A DNA stretch of 64,000 nt from Octopus sinensis (GCF_006345805.1 NC_043010.1:64542001-64606000), one strand, 5' to 3'. Shown: positions 11,756-26,197, numbered from the stretch's first letter. Notes: a model not told the origin generated them from the letters alone. Translations and numbers: made by a program.

Positions 11756-12883
11756 GCTAGCACAATATATGGATTTAACTAATCCTGCGGTACTCACAGA
11801 AAAAAGCTCTTTTAGTGGACCAGGCTACAAGCCGCATAGTAAACTAATATAAGGGGTGCAATTATATAGATCTATGGAGTTGAAATCCAATAAATCCAAT
11901 CATTAATGATTATTTTATTAGGAGGACATAAGATATAATCACCTCGTATCTCTTGTCTTTGTTTATGCAAGCAAATCTACCCATCTACGATAGAGGCATA
12001 AAATGAGGAAGGAAAGTCATAGCAGCAGTATGTATTGAGAAATGTGTAAATGGACTTGATAGTTTTCTTAGAGAAATCACATTATTGTTGGTGTTCAGCA
12101 TTCTATTGCAGCTATACGACATGTGTTTGCGATAGAGATGTGATGACGATTCACTCCCAAACTGAAATAGGCTCCCAGCCTCTGTATCATGAAAGGTTAT
12201 GTGGGCCACTCCTAACCAAAGCCAGAGCTTCCTTCGACCACTACATAAAAGATATTAAGAAAAATATGTAATTTAGATGTATATTTATTTTAGCTGTTTA
12301 CACTATTTTACGCTTGTTTATACTCTTATGCATTCAAAGTTCACAAATATCCTTATTTAGTTTATGAATCATACTCTTTTCAATAATATCAATGTGATTA
12401 AAAGCGTCTTTGTAGACGATATTTTCTGATTGGTCGACACGAATTTTTAAATTACCCGAGTCCGTTGCTCTACTCAGAGCGACGTATAACTGGCATTGTG
12501 TAAACATCGATATGTATAAAAATATACCTATACGATCTACAGTCAGGTCCTGTACCTTGTTTGTGGTGAATGCACGATCAGAATCTTTAGGAATCTGCTC
12601 AGAAAATAAACAGATAGTATTGCAAATCTAAACCCTTTAAATTCACCACTTATTCGAAGCGGGTTGATCGAGTTAATACTCGTCGCCTGAATTTTATTAA
12701 CAAAATATCAAAGGTAATTTATTAATACAAAACTTAATATCCACTAAATAATCATACTTTTCCACATTTTCGATAAAAAAAAACCTTCCTGATTACCTCT
12801 GTAATCCCGAAAAACATCGTAACCATCAATCCTGCTGTTTGACCGTGAAAAGAGAACAGACGGACATTATAATAAGATTTTAC

Positions 12884-12925
12884 ACATACATACATACATA
12901 CATACGTACATACATACATACATAC

Positions 12926-12956
<31 letters not shown>

Positions 12957-13499
12957 AATACATACATGCATACATGCATGCATACATACATACATACATG
13001 CATACATACATACATACATACATGCATACATACATACATACATACATAAATACATACATGCATACATGCATACATGCATGCATACATACATACATACATA
13101 CATACATACACACATACATACATACATACATACATACATACATACATACATGCATACATGCATACATGCATGCATACATACATACATACATACATACATA
13201 CATAAATACATACATGCATACATGCATACATGCATGCATACATACATACATGCATGCATACATACATACATACATGCATACATACACACATACATACATA
13301 CATACATACATACATACATACATACATACATAAATACATACATGCATACATGCATACATGCATGCATACATATATACATACATACATACATACATAAATA
13401 CATACATGCATACATGCATGCATACATACATATATACATGCATACATACATACATACATACATACATACATACATACATACATACATTCATACATACAT
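12884..13499. repeat. About 620-bp (TACA)n/(TGCA) microsatellite, contiguous with an RTE 3' tail
   Basis: Direct inspection. Confidence 0.95.
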
Positions 13500-13712
13500 G
13501 ATAGCCGTCCACTCGTGACCGAGAAAGACCATGGCCGCCTTTCAGGAACATTGTGCGCTCTAGGACTAACTTATATTTTGCATTTGCGGCTCCGTTGGTG
13601 GCTAATGAGCCCTGCTCTTGACAAGCATACACGACTGCAAACATTGCAGACCAAGCTTTCCCCATTCACTATACGAGCCATGCGCTTTCGCGCAGCTCGC
13701 TTAAGTTCTTCA
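13500..13712 (-). mobile_element. RTE LINE 3'-terminal fragment with a C2H2-like finger and (ATGT)n tail
   Basis: LVCNVCSRVCLSRAGLISHQRSRKCKI*, short 3' UTR, then ggctatc(atgt)n. Confidence 0.8.
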
Positions 13713-13973
13713 TACATACACACATACATACACACATACATACATACATACACATACATACATACATACATACATACATACATGCATACATGCATGCATA
13801 CATACATACATACATACATACATACATACATACATACATACATACATACATACATACATAAGAAGCGGCCGGGAAATGGCGAGCCAACAAAGGGACCAAA
13901 CATGAAGAAGCAAGAAAAAACAACAACGCGAGGACGTGGAATAAGTACAGTGTTATTGGGCGCTCAGGAAAGG

Positions 13974-14023
<50 letters not shown>

Positions 14024-14134
14024 ACGCGCACACACACACACTTGTCTAATTCTATACATATGGTGAGGAAATGTGTAGAATTGTCCTAACCATTAAATAT
14101 GCATATATATAGATACATATGTTAATATATATGC

Positions 14135-14202
<68 letters not shown>

Positions 14203-14262
14203 AAATGGCGGTGCCCCAGCATGGCCACAGCTCGTGAGCTGAAACTAGAATCAATCAATCAA
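14203..14262 (+). mobile_element. Isolated 3' tip of a CR1/L2-group LINE or SINE with (TCAA)n tail
   Basis: ggcggtgccccagcatggccacagctcgtgagctgaaactagaatcaatcaatcaat. Confidence 0.7.
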
Positions 14263-14376
14263 TATACCTTTACATATAGATGTGTATGCACCTGTGTGCG
14301 CGCGTTTATAGATAGAGAGAGAGAGGAAGAAAGAGAGAGTGAGATAGAGACAGAGACAGCTAGACACGCATTCATA

Positions 14377-14455
<79 letters not shown>

Positions 14456-14634
14456 ATATATACATAAACCAGCTGATGTGACACTCTTCTCCTTCAGATG
14501 TTTCCCTCTTGTTATTCCACCAGGTTAATGACCTAAGGACTGCGAGAGTTTCCAAAATCTACTCGTGACTAGAATGACACCTAAATTAGGGAAACATGGG
14601 ATTTTCAAACGAATTGCACTTACGCACACATGCA

Positions 14635-14677
<43 letters not shown>

Positions 14678-14685
14678 GCGCGCAC

Positions 14686-16517
14686 CCAAAAATCTGGATT
14701 CGACTGCAGCTTTTGAGGTGTACAAAACTCAACGAGACCGAGCCGTGAAAATTGAAAAGGAAGAACGCTTCAGTTATGAATACAAAATCGCGGCAAATGC
14801 CAGTAGCAATCCAAAAACCTTCTTTGCCCATGTCCAGCGGAATTCCCGCTTGAACAACCAGATTGCAACGTTGGTAGACTCAACAGGCGTATCGATTGAG
14901 GACCCTTATCAACAGAGTCAATTATTTTCCGAGGCTTTTTCAACTATTTTCAAACAAGATGATGGTCGTGAAACCCCTCCATTTGATAGGTCGGTACCTC
15001 CAATGCTTCGATTGGTCATCACGCGGGACGAAGTCAAACGTGTTATTCAAGGCCTCGATGTCAACAAGGGTCACGGCCCTGACGGCATACACCCACGGGT
15101 TATCAAAGCGTTGGCTCCGGTCATCTGCGAGCCCTTAACACGTCTATTCAATATGTCATTGGCGATGGGTGTTATACCTGCAGACTGGAGAACAGCGATA
15201 ATCTGCCCAATTTTCAAGAAAGGGAGCCGCGAAGACCCGCTTAACTACCGACCGGTTTCCCTTACATCAATAATCAGCAAGATGTTCGAAACCATCCTTA
15301 AAAAAAGTATGATGCTCCACCTCCTAAACACAGCCTCTATCTCTGATTCCCAACACGGCTTCGTGCCGAAGAGATCATGCTTGACCAACTTACTAGTAAT
15401 GGAAGAATTGGTGACGCGCATCCTCGATGATAGTGATGCTGTTGACATCGTTTTATTGAACTTTGCCAAAGCTTTTGACTCGGTAAACCACCGCCTATTA
15501 CTTGTCAAGATTCAAGCATATAGTTTCCATCCGGATATTGTACGATGGGTTGGTGCCTTCCTCTCAGATCGCTCCTTCCAAGTCCAAGTTAATGGTTCGC
15601 GGTCCGACGTCTCCAGTGCGAGCAGTGGCGTGCCTCAAGGTTCAGTGCTTGGGCCCTTGTTGTTCTTAGTCTTCATAAATGACTTGCCCGACGACCTCAC
15701 GCAACACACCCTTCTATTTGCCGACGATATCAAACTGGTCGCTCCTCGCGGTAATATAGAGGATCTTCGTCGATGCCTCCACCAAATTTGGAAGTGGTCT
15801 AACGAATGGGACCTGTGTCTGAACGTGTCAAAGTGCTGTCATCTGCCTGTTGGCTCTCCTCCTGCAACTCAACTTGATTTCAAGCCGAGTCGTCTGCTGC
15901 TGGAGAGGACCGATCAGGTAAAGGACCTGGGTATCTTGGTGGATTCCTCCTTTTCGCCTTCGGCCCAGTGCGTCCATGCTGCCAACAAAGCACGCGGAAT
16001 TCTGTTCTTGATTCGACGGTCATTCGGAATGCTCACAGCAGCCATATACCTACCACTCTATGTCACGCTGGTGAGACCCATATTGGAGTACGGGATTCAA
16101 GCCTCTTCTCCTTATCTCCTCAAAGACATACAGCATCTCGAAAGAGTCCAGAAGCTGGCTACCCGCATGGTTCATGGTCTCAAATATTTGTCCTACGAAG
16201 AAAGGCTGAGGACGCTCGACCTTTATTCTCTTGAAAAACGCCGCCGCCGTGGTGATCTCATTCTCGCCCACAACATCATAAGCGGAAAGTGTAACCTCTT
16301 GAAAGAGCTGTTCTTCACTCCTGCTCCAGAGCGTCGGCTGCGGGGTCATTCCGAAAAGCTCTATCTGCGACGATTTCATCTCAATCGAAGGAGAGGAGCT
16401 TTCTCCGTCCGGGTTGCGGATCCGTGGAACAAGCTGCCAGACGAGATGGTGAAGATGCCGACGACCGCTTTGTTCAAAGCCTCCCTTGACCTCAAGTGGC
16501 CTGAACTCTTTACATGA
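14686..16517 (+). CDS. CR1-type reverse transcriptase (ORF2, 5'-truncated, no true start codon)
   Basis: KGHGPDGIHP, YRPVSLTS, QHGFVPKRSC, LNFAKAFD (D to N), GVPQGSVLGPLLF, FADD; the ORF-track start at 14565 reads through a (CA)n repeat. Confidence 0.85.
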
Positions 16518-16604
16518 ACACCACCCTGTACTTAACTCCATGTCCCCCTACATGGCCTTGCTATTTGCTTTTGAGCCAAATTAACTAACTAACTAACTAA
16601 CTAA
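14686..16604 (+). mobile_element. Young 5'-truncated CR1-clade LINE with (AACT)n tail
   Basis: Uninterrupted RT ORF to 16517; RLRGHSEKL...FSVRVADPWNKLP C-terminus; ttaactaactaactaac tail at 16581-16604. Confidence 0.93.
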
Positions 16605-17439
16605 CACACACACATACACACACTCGCGCACCAAACACACACGCAAATTTACGTACACACTCACTCACATAATCCTGTTCTAAGTCTGCATAGAGACACT
16701 TAAAAACGAATTTTTACATCCGTGTGCAAACAATTTCTGTGTTATGGAATTGTGTTTCAGTAGTGAGATCACTTAATAAGTGGGCATGGTCGTTTTTCCT
16801 CTTAGAAGGAGACAAGAAACAAAGCTATTGCGTCGTTTTCTTTTTTCCGGATAAGATAGTTGAAACTATCATAGCTAATCCGAAACTGTCAGATGCGGTT
16901 ATTCTTTTGGACGTAGAAGTCTTTAGCAATGCCGACTGGAAACGTAATAGTTTTCTACTTTGGAATATTATTGATCCCATCAATCAAACAGATTTTTACA
17001 CTGTGTATGTAAACAATATTTTTTTAAAAATTCTTATTCTTTCTTTCCGTCTAATTACTGTATCCACATATGCTGATTAAATGTGTTAGTGGTAATTAAT
17101 GTCTATCCTAATTATTTGATAATGTATTTTTGATGTTTCATGTTTTCTCTATGCAGCTCAACTCTCTTTCTTCCTGCCCTTCCCCTCTCTCTCTCTCTCT
17201 CTATTATTCTCCTCTCGATATCTCTCTTCTTACATATAGTCACATATATATAGATACACAAACACGCACACACGCACACATCTATATATTATATATATAG
17301 ACATATTTATGTAAATAAATGACTAAACACACATACATATATTCTTAACCTCGTGGTCTCTGGTTCAATCTCCTTGTGTGACACGATACGCAACTATTTT
17401 CGTCAATAGATTCAAATCGATCAATGTTACTGAAATCCC

Positions 17440-17533
17440 TCTTGTATACATGCGTGTGTATGTACGTGTGTTTATGCGTATATATGTATGTATGTTTGTA
17501 TGTGTGTGTATGTATATATATATATATATATAT

Positions 17534-17581
<48 letters not shown>

Positions 17582-17683
17582 AACACACACACACGCGTGC
17601 GCACACACACATACACACACATACACACACACACACACATATATATGTATGTGTGTGTGTGCGCACGCGTGTGTGTGTGTGTT

Positions 17684-17730
<47 letters not shown>

Positions 17731-17780
17731 CCTCTATCACGGTGATATATATGAACCTATATAAATATATATATGTAAGT
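17440..17780. repeat. Compound (TA)n/(CA)n/(TG)n microsatellite
   Basis: Direct inspection. Confidence 0.9.
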
Positions 17781-18130
17781 ATATCAAAATTGTTATAATG
17801 TGTTGTTGAGATACGTTCTCTCCCATTCCTGATGGGAATATTGCATTTCCCCCGTTTATTCCTTTGGAATAAAACCACTCTTGTCTTCGAAACATATGTC
17901 GAAAGTAAAAGAATTTGAATAGCATCTGCGTTCAACTCCATTTATTTACTGATACAATACAATTTACCGCAAATTAACCCGACATTTCTACCTTTGAATA
18001 GGTCGCTACATCCTTGTTACTTGCGTGAATTTTGCTACCCTGGTAACTGTTTATTGAATTTTCCATCATGTTAATTGTAAACAAAAGATAATTCATTCAT
18101 ACATTTAAATATGTAAGTATGTATGTATGT

Positions 18131-18177
<47 letters not shown>

Positions 18178-18573
18178 CATATACATACAGAGAGAGAATG
18201 TGTGTGAGAAAGAGGGAGAGAGGGAGATGGACATATATGCATACACATATACATGTATATATCTGTTTATGTATGTGTATTTATCTTTGGACATTTCTCT
18301 AAGATCGTTACTGATTCACCGACCCACTAACATGTGTCTTTTTGTGCTCACGTCCCATATCCTAGCGTTGAGTTAATAGAAACTCACTACAATTCATACA
18401 TGACTGAAAAGAAGGTTTTAAAAGAACCCCCAAAGTTCAGAGTTTGGTATAAATATCTATAAACCTGTTAAGCCGGACCATTTACACGGCTGCAGTTTAG
18501 TGAAAATGTACATACATATGTATGTGTAAGAGTAACATAACATAACGTATTATAATATAATATAATATAATAC

Positions 18574-18610
<37 letters not shown>

Positions 18611-18670
18611 CCAACACACCACACACACACCACACACCACACATATATATATATATTATATACATATATA

Positions 18671-21600
18671 TAGAGTAGTTGTATACTGTCAACTTAATGC
18701 GACAGTCGCGTGAAGGGAATCACACCACTGCTATTTAGCCCTAGGAAGCATCAACGCTTCATGTCGGCCTTGACACATTTCCCGTGCCCTTATTTTTACA
18801 AGGGGGAGACAAGCATCTCCACCCAGCTAAGCCTGCCCCCAGTGACTAGTTTCTGAGTCTTTGCTCGTCATCTGTCTGGAGTAGCAAGGCCTTTTCTCTT
18901 TATTACGGTGATTATAATCAAACATAGAAACGACAGCACAAGACACTACAAACATTTAAAAGGAGTTATTTAGCGAGTTTTTTTTAATGAAAATATATAA
19001 AAAAATTGACTTGTATTATTTCTAAAAAATGTTGATATTACTTCATTTTACCTTTTATTAAGTTCCAACGGCTACACCTTTTCTTTTTACCATGGATGAG
19101 TTAAGTAGGGATACTCACTCCCAACTTCCTTATCACATCTTTCCATCTTTCCTCATATGTTCTTTTCGACAGGTGCCTTCTATCCAGTACTATCTTGCTT
19201 TTCAGGTGGTATCGGAAGTAATATAGCACTCCAGGGCCGGAGATGAAGGCCCCTGACTTCAAACCTTGCATTCTAGTTCTCCAGGCACACTCTTTCATAA
19301 CTGCGACTGTACATAGAAAACAAGCCTCACCTTCCTTAGATAGTCCGGTGCACGTTACATACTGAATCACAGTCTCAGCTGATAGCTGTACTCTTCCCAG
19401 TTGTGACAACACGTGTTCTACGTAAATTGTCGTCTCCGAAAGCTGGGTGCACTGTACAAGAGCGTGCAGGATACTTTCCTTATCCTGAAATTCCGTGCCT
19501 GGACAATTTCTCGTAAAAAGGTAACTCATTCCTGAAACACTGCCAGGTCAGGGATCTTTGGTAATTGTCCAAATACTCCGCCCTGAAAGTGTTCCGAAAC
19601 AGGTTGGATAGCTGGTCCCCATCGATTCCCAGTGTCTCTCCTAGAACGTCGTCACTTTTAAACTCTACTAGCCCTTTGTACAATGCAGATGTATTTCCGC
19701 TGCCGGTCCTACCCGCCTTGTGGATTAGCGCAAGTGCCTGCCGACATTCCCTTTGCCATTCAGTCGTTTTCTATCTTTTAATCAAACCGGGTTTAAATTC
19801 CTCTAGGGAGGCTGATCGAGGAAAGAATTTCTCTGCGAGCAAATTTCACACCTAACCACCATCCAGGTAAAGCCAAAGATGCCTTAGTCTCAGTGCATGT
19901 TTGCACATTAGCAACCACGGCATCCCTAGGCCACCCTTTAACGGTTCTTGATAACACACGGAGCTTGATAACACAAGTGGCTTTCCCCTCCACAAAAAGC
20001 GGAAGAGAATCCGAACCAGCTTGTTTAGTTACAAATCGGGGCAAGGGACGACGGTCAGGCGGTAGGTGATAACAGACGCAATAAACGTCTGCACCACCTC
20101 CGCCCTTCCTTTCAAGGATAGCGCTCTTCCGGATCAATTCCGGGTTAGCGCCATTACCTTGTTCGTCACCTCACTCCAGTTCTTGTCCGTCTGGGAGCCT
20201 GGACCAAACCAGACTCCAAGCAACTTAACAGGACCATCCGTTATCGGCTTGCTGCTCCAGGTGCCGAGCCGCAAACCAATGGACTTGTCCTTGTTAACTT
20301 TTACCCCTGCCACCGTCTCGTATCTTCTCATTGCCTCTACTTCGCGAGGTAGCTGAGTCATCTTGGATACGGTGATGGTGACGTCATCCGCATACGCAGA
20401 GACACTCTTACCACATCCGATTTCATTAGTGGTGCTTCCCAAATTCTCCAACTTCCTCAGCAATGGCTCAAGTGTCAGTACATACAGAAGCGGAGACAGA
20501 GGGCACCATTGACGAACTGAACGCCTGATCTCGAACAGCTCCGACAGGTAACCGTTCAACTGAACTGTGGATTTGATGCCACCATAAATGGCCTTCATCC
20601 AGCCGCGGAAATCTGGGCCCAGCCCAGTCGCCTCAAGGACTACCGCCAGGTACCGATGGTCAACCCTATTAAAGGCTTTACTTTGGTCTAAATGGACCAG
20701 TGCCCTACCTTTACCGGAAACGTTACCCACCCTGTCTAAAGTGTAGCGTAAGAGATGAAGATTGTCCTGGATCAACCTGCCAGGGATGGCACATGTTTGC
20801 GCCTTCCCGACAAGTTTCTCCGTCAACTGTCAACCTTTTTGCTAGCACCTCGGTCAAAATCTTTAACTATACATTTAGTAGAGATATGGGCCTGAAATTA
20901 CTAATATGGTACCCCTTGCTCGGGGCTTTTCTGGCCAGTGTTACCACTCCCCGACTCACAGAACTGGGAATTCTCCTATTCTGTTGCCAGTTCGTGTACA
21001 CGCAAGCCAGCAAGTGTCTGAACAAGTCCGGCATACTATTGTAAAACTCGTATGGCGGACCACCCAGCCCCGGCGACTTGTCCCGAGCGCATTCGGCCAG
21101 CACCTCTTCGACCTCCGCAGTCGTGATCGGCCCTTCACAGCACCTCGCCTTACTCGCCGAGAGTCGCGGCCCGTCTGCCAGGAATTCCCTTAAAGGCTCT
21201 CCATGGCCGAACGCCTCGCTCGTCCCAAACAATCTGGCGAAATGCTGATGAAAGGCCTTCTGCATCTCCTCCTGTCCTTCGATCAAGCGACCCTGTTCGT
21301 CAATTAAAGACTGTACAGAGGCTTCTCTGCCTCTCCGACTCTCCACACGACGGGCCCATCCAGCAACGTTAATACCTTCTCTGCCCACCGCGCGTAACTT
21401 AACCCTGGCTCTACACCCTTCATGCTTGGCTTGGAGGTGCCAAATAATACCGTTCTCGCCGCCAAAACTCTGGATGCAGAGCCTGATGCTATGGTCTCCT
21501 CTAATTCCTTAGTTACCTGCCCTTCTAGTCCCCTCTAAACTTATCTCTTTACTAAATCTGAGAGACTCTAAACGAATGGCTCGTTTGAGGGCGCACCACC

Positions 21601-22525
21601 ATCTGTTGTTCACAACAGCTCCGCAAAATGCCCTCTGTACTAACTCCCTAATCCGGGTATGGAAGGCTTTACTAGTCAAAATAGACTTGTTCAACTTCCA
21701 GTACCCGGGCCCCTGTCTATGATACTTAGCTAACTGCACCTCACACGTCACAAATTTGTGATCCGTGTAAGAGGCACAGTGAAAATGTGGACAAATAACT
21801 ATATCTCCATCACTATCTTTTATAATATCCCTATCTAAGTAAGACCTGAATGAACCATCGTTATTAGAACACGTCCACTGTGGAACGAGCGGTTAATCCA
21901 GTCTGTATCGGTCTACTAGTTCATAGCTCGCTAGTAGCCTTTTTAGGCCAGGGCTTCCTTTTCTGTTATTCGAGTCTACACTTTCCACTCGCACGTCGAG
22001 AATAGTGTTGAAGTCTCCAGGTAAAACTAAAGTTTTCAACGTCACTAGGAAATTCTCCAAGTCTCGAAAGAAAACCGTTTGACTATCCTCTTTTGGTACA
22101 TATACTGCCACCAGCCTGAAGGACTGCTTACTCATATGTGTCACATCTAGAACGGCCAGCCTACCTTCTGAGTCTAGAAAGACTGTACTTACCTGTACGT
22201 CCAAGCTTTTCTTGAATAGCACCACAACGCCCCTACTTGACTCGGAGAAATAAATTTCTCTTAGTCGGTCAGAAGAGGCGAGAACGCCTGCGGGCCGTTC
22301 AGCTTGGACTCAGTCACAACGCATATATCTATCTTTCGCGACCTGAGGTCGTTTAGGAGGCACGTCTGCTTCCATTTCGTCCCCAGACCACGCACATTTA
22401 CACACCCTAACTTAATCCTCATGATAAAAAGTTATTTACCATTTTTAGGCTTGAGGAGGGGCTTCACGACTTTCGTCGTCCCCTCCTTCTGTTTCTTCTC
22501 CCTCTGGTGTAGCCGTTGGTGCCAA
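18671..22525 (-). mobile_element. Tx1/L1-clade LINE, decayed, 5'-truncated in the ORF1 C-terminus
   Basis: ORF2 start MRIKLGCVNVRGL at 22422; LPGDFN, GYWKLNKSIL, DKSPGLGGPPYEFY, LDQSKAFNRVDH, RQWCPLSPLLY, AYADD, ESILHALVQC; stop at 19101; terminal repeat 18671-18780 shared with 29888-29998 and 53402-53548. Confidence 0.92.
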
Positions 22526-23419
22526 AATAATTCTTTCTTTAACAATATAGCGACTTACGTAAAAAACGTCGTTTGAATATCGTTGTTTGTATTGTTCAAA
22601 GTGTTCATTATCAATTCTTGCTAACTGCAAGTGCGCTGGTTTTCCTTCGATAGGTCCAAGTACAGGATATTTCATCTGTATTATTAAACCGTGTAACACT
22701 TCATTTTTTGTGTTATAGGAGACAATGTTTTCCCCTTGTATATGTTTATGCGAAAGGTTGTGGGTGGGTTTCGATTTCGAAGTGGACGGGGGTATTTTTT
22801 GTGTGTTTTGCAATGATTCTTTACGTTTTCTTGTAAGGGGAGGGAAGTCAGAGCCAAGGGATTTTTTCCTTTTATGAGTCACTACTTGTGCAAGTTGTAC
22901 AATACGGAATGTTAGATAATGAAACTTAGCTGTCTCTTTCAATACATACCAATCTATGCAAATAAGCAAAATTTTCTCAAGGACCCTTAAAATACTACTG
23001 CGCATCTTCAAATTACTATTTTGTTATGTACACCTCCAAAAGTTTTATATGTGTCCACTCTTAAAGGCGTTTTGTCCAGACAATCAGTTTGAAGATGCAT
23101 TCCTTCTTCCGTATCCCTTAAGTAACGAGATCTCGCTGAAGGCTTATGTGTACTACTTTTCCGGTTGTTTAAAGGATAAAACAATGAAAACTTGTGTCCT
23201 TACTCCATGACAGGCAAATGTCCAGTGCTCACATATTCCACCAGGCACCTTCGGCATGTGTGCCCACATACTGCCCCTTAATCTATCTAAATTGTTCTGT
23301 AATATTTTCTCTAATTGTATCAACACAAATCTATAGAAATATGAGGTTATCAAGAAAGTGCTTGCGGTTTTTAATTTTTAAATTCAGATGCACATATCTC
23401 GGCTCAAACAAAACTTTTA

Positions 23420-23530
23420 AAGCCTAGTGTTTATTCTATCGGTCTCTTTTACCGAGCCGCTAAGTTATGGTGACGTAAACACATCAACATCGGTTGTCAA
23501 CACCGCTGGGGAGAAACACAGACACACAAA
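23420..23530 (-). mobile_element. Partial tRNA-derived SINE core
   Basis: aagcctagt..ttattctatcggtctc..ccgctaagtta.ggtgacgtaaacac..catcggttgtcaa. Confidence 0.7.
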
Positions 23531-23581
23531 TACATTCATACATACATACATATCTATCTATCTTTATATATGTATATATAC

Positions 23582-23768
23582 GCCATGATAGATCGCTAGC
23601 CACTACACATTCTTTATTTTCTCTCCTTGTTTCTTACTGTATTCCTTTCTGTGGAAGAGCGTAAGCTCGAATCGTTGAAGACGTTTTCACTTCCCGAGCG
23701 TTATACTAATACATCTGTTTGTTGTCTAAATCACTTGTCTTCGTCTTTTTTTTTTGTGAATTCTCCCT
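23582..23768 (+). mobile_element. Penelope-like terminal fragment
   Basis: T-rich repeat ccatgatagatcgctagccactacac...gaagagcgtaagctcgaa...cttcccgagcg; resembles a common octopod repeat. Confidence 0.45.
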
Positions 23769-23851
23769 ATATATATATATATATATTATATATATATATA
23801 TATGTATAGGGAGAATATATATATATATACATACATACATACATATGTATA

Positions 23852-23901
<50 letters not shown>

Positions 23902-23930
23902 CATACATACATACATATATATATATATAC

Positions 23931-24022
<92 letters not shown>

Positions 24023-24173
24023 CTTTTAAATTTGTTTATAGGGAACCTTTTGAATATGTAAATAACTCTCTTATCCATTATGCCTGCCACAGTCTAATGA
24101 TGCTGACCGGTGAACAAGTTTTTTGAGGTTGCATCAAGCTGTACCGACAAGATCTAGGATAAATAATAAAAAC

Positions 24174-24213
<40 letters not shown>

Positions 24214-24232
24214 TAATAATAATAATAATAAT

Positions 24233-26128
24233 AACCACAAACAGAATTAACCCTAAACAGACAGATCCATCCCCTAATGTCAACGTCGAAGTTCTTCATG
24301 CGTCACTGATAATAAAACAAAATACAAACCGGAATGTTCATCGACCTTATTACAAAGGGCCACATACTCAAATGATGAACCAGATTCGATCCAAAAAATC
24401 AGCTACTGGTTCAAATCTTCCCGAAACACAGGAGCTGGAAGTACTTCACAACCGGAATATTCTAATAGATGGCCACCCATGCTCGTCATCAAATAACCAA
24501 TGCCATATATTTCCCCACAAATAAATCAAATACTGTACAAACCTACTTAAACTGGAGACAGAAACACCCTTGAAATAAGATCCTACATAGACAGTAACAA
24601 ACTTGCCAATATCAGAAAAAACAATATGAAAAAGAAATTACTTACTAAAGTAGAGATTGACCAAATTAAACAAACATTAGTGGGTAAAAGGAACGAAGTT
24701 GCAGCTAAAGAAGATTCTACAGAGTAAATAAATATAGACCAGTCCAGGGCTGATGAAAATTCAATAATGATTGAAAGGGTTAATGTAACTGATAGGCAAA
24801 GTGAAATACTCTCTGAACCAACCATAAACACTAAGGCAGGTCAAAATCAAATAGATGAAGAAAGTAACACAGAAATTGACCCAACATGATCTAAAAAATC
24901 AAAACATGACTGAATGGTTGAAAATTAAAGAAACCAGTATGAATGAACGTAATGCTCTCCCAAAAATTCGCAATTCTAACCAAAACCTGAAAATAATTAG
25001 TAAAATCCGCCTTGCACTTAAAGATGTTATTTTAGTTAATGATGTTAATATTACAGATCTCAACCATTTGTACAATGCATCCGCGAAAATCTCAACGATT
25101 CTATGTGGTGAAAAGATTAGAAACGACAACATTCCCACAAAAAGCCTTATTTGCAAGAGTGTATTCAACACCAAATTCAAGCTGCTTAGGTCTGACATAG
25201 AACGTTTAAAAAAAGTTTGACATGACCATCAAACCAACAAAAAACCGAAAATTAAAGAAAAAAAATATAGTATGAAAACCATATTTGACATCGATACCAC
25301 CAGAGAAACCATCAAGCAAAATGTATGTGCTAAAGCCACTCGCATAGCAAGGTATGAAAAGCGCATTAGATTCTTCAGGAAAGGATAAAATTCCTAACTT
25401 CTGGTTGAATGTCTTCCCAGAGAGCCATGAACTGCTAACAAAACTTTACAACAATGTTTTACAACATCCTTGTATGATTCCCTCTTGGTTACTTAATGGT
25501 TTAACATTCCTGCTTCCAAAAGATGAAGAAACAAATGATCCAAAAAATTATTGACCCATAACCTGCTTAACAACAATGTATAAAACGCTAGCATCTGTTC
25601 TGACTGAATATACCTATATTTTTAAAAAATAGAAAGTAGCATATTCCCTAATGAGGGAAAAGGATGTAAACGTGGATCCTATGGTTATAAAGATCAGCTA
25701 CTCATCAATAAGATGATCTTGGAAGATTATCACAAACGACACAAATACTTATCAATAGCTTGGATAGACTATAAAAAAGCTTTTGATAGCCTGCCACACA
25801 ACTGGATTAAGAAATATCTGGAAATGTATAAAATAGCTCCTACTCTGCGAAACTTTTTGTCTGTAAGTATGAGATCACGGAGAACTACACTGACTTTGAA
25901 CAGTGACAGTAAATCACTTAATGCTGGAGATGTAAGAATTTCATGTGGCATTTTCCAGGGTAACTCACTATTACCACTCCTCTTTTGTCTAGCCTCAATA
26001 CCTCTCTCGAAATTACTCAATGATGTATAGTACGGTTATAAAATGTTGGATAAAAATATAAATCATCTCATTTACATGGATTATTTAAAGATCTTTGCAA
26101 AAACTGACCAACAACCCAAAGGCTTACT
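24233..26128 (+). mobile_element. R4/Dong-clade non-LTR retrotransposon fragment (RT), preceded by (AAT)n at 24168-24232
   Basis: IPNFWL, LLPKDEETNDPKNY*PITCL, KGCKRGSYGYKDQLLINK, AWIDYKKAFDSLPH, GIFQGNSL, HLIYMD. Confidence 0.9.
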
Positions 26129-26130
26129 AG

Positions 26131-26139
26131 TGATTATTA

Positions 26140-26197
<58 letters not shown>

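Noticed and set aside
14565-14685. ORF-track N-terminus of the 650-aa RT ORF
   Set aside because: Chance in-frame read-through of unrelated flank and a (CA)n repeat; LINE homology starts at about 14686
22950-23400. Possible MULE-type transposase remnant on the - strand
   Set aside because: Only vague similarity, several stops, no TIRs and no clear catalytic motif
23645-23700. Hammerhead-like ctgtgga-agagc-gtaa-gctc-gaatcg
   Set aside because: Core is non-canonical (CUGUGGA, GAAU) and no convincing stem I; at most a dead relic
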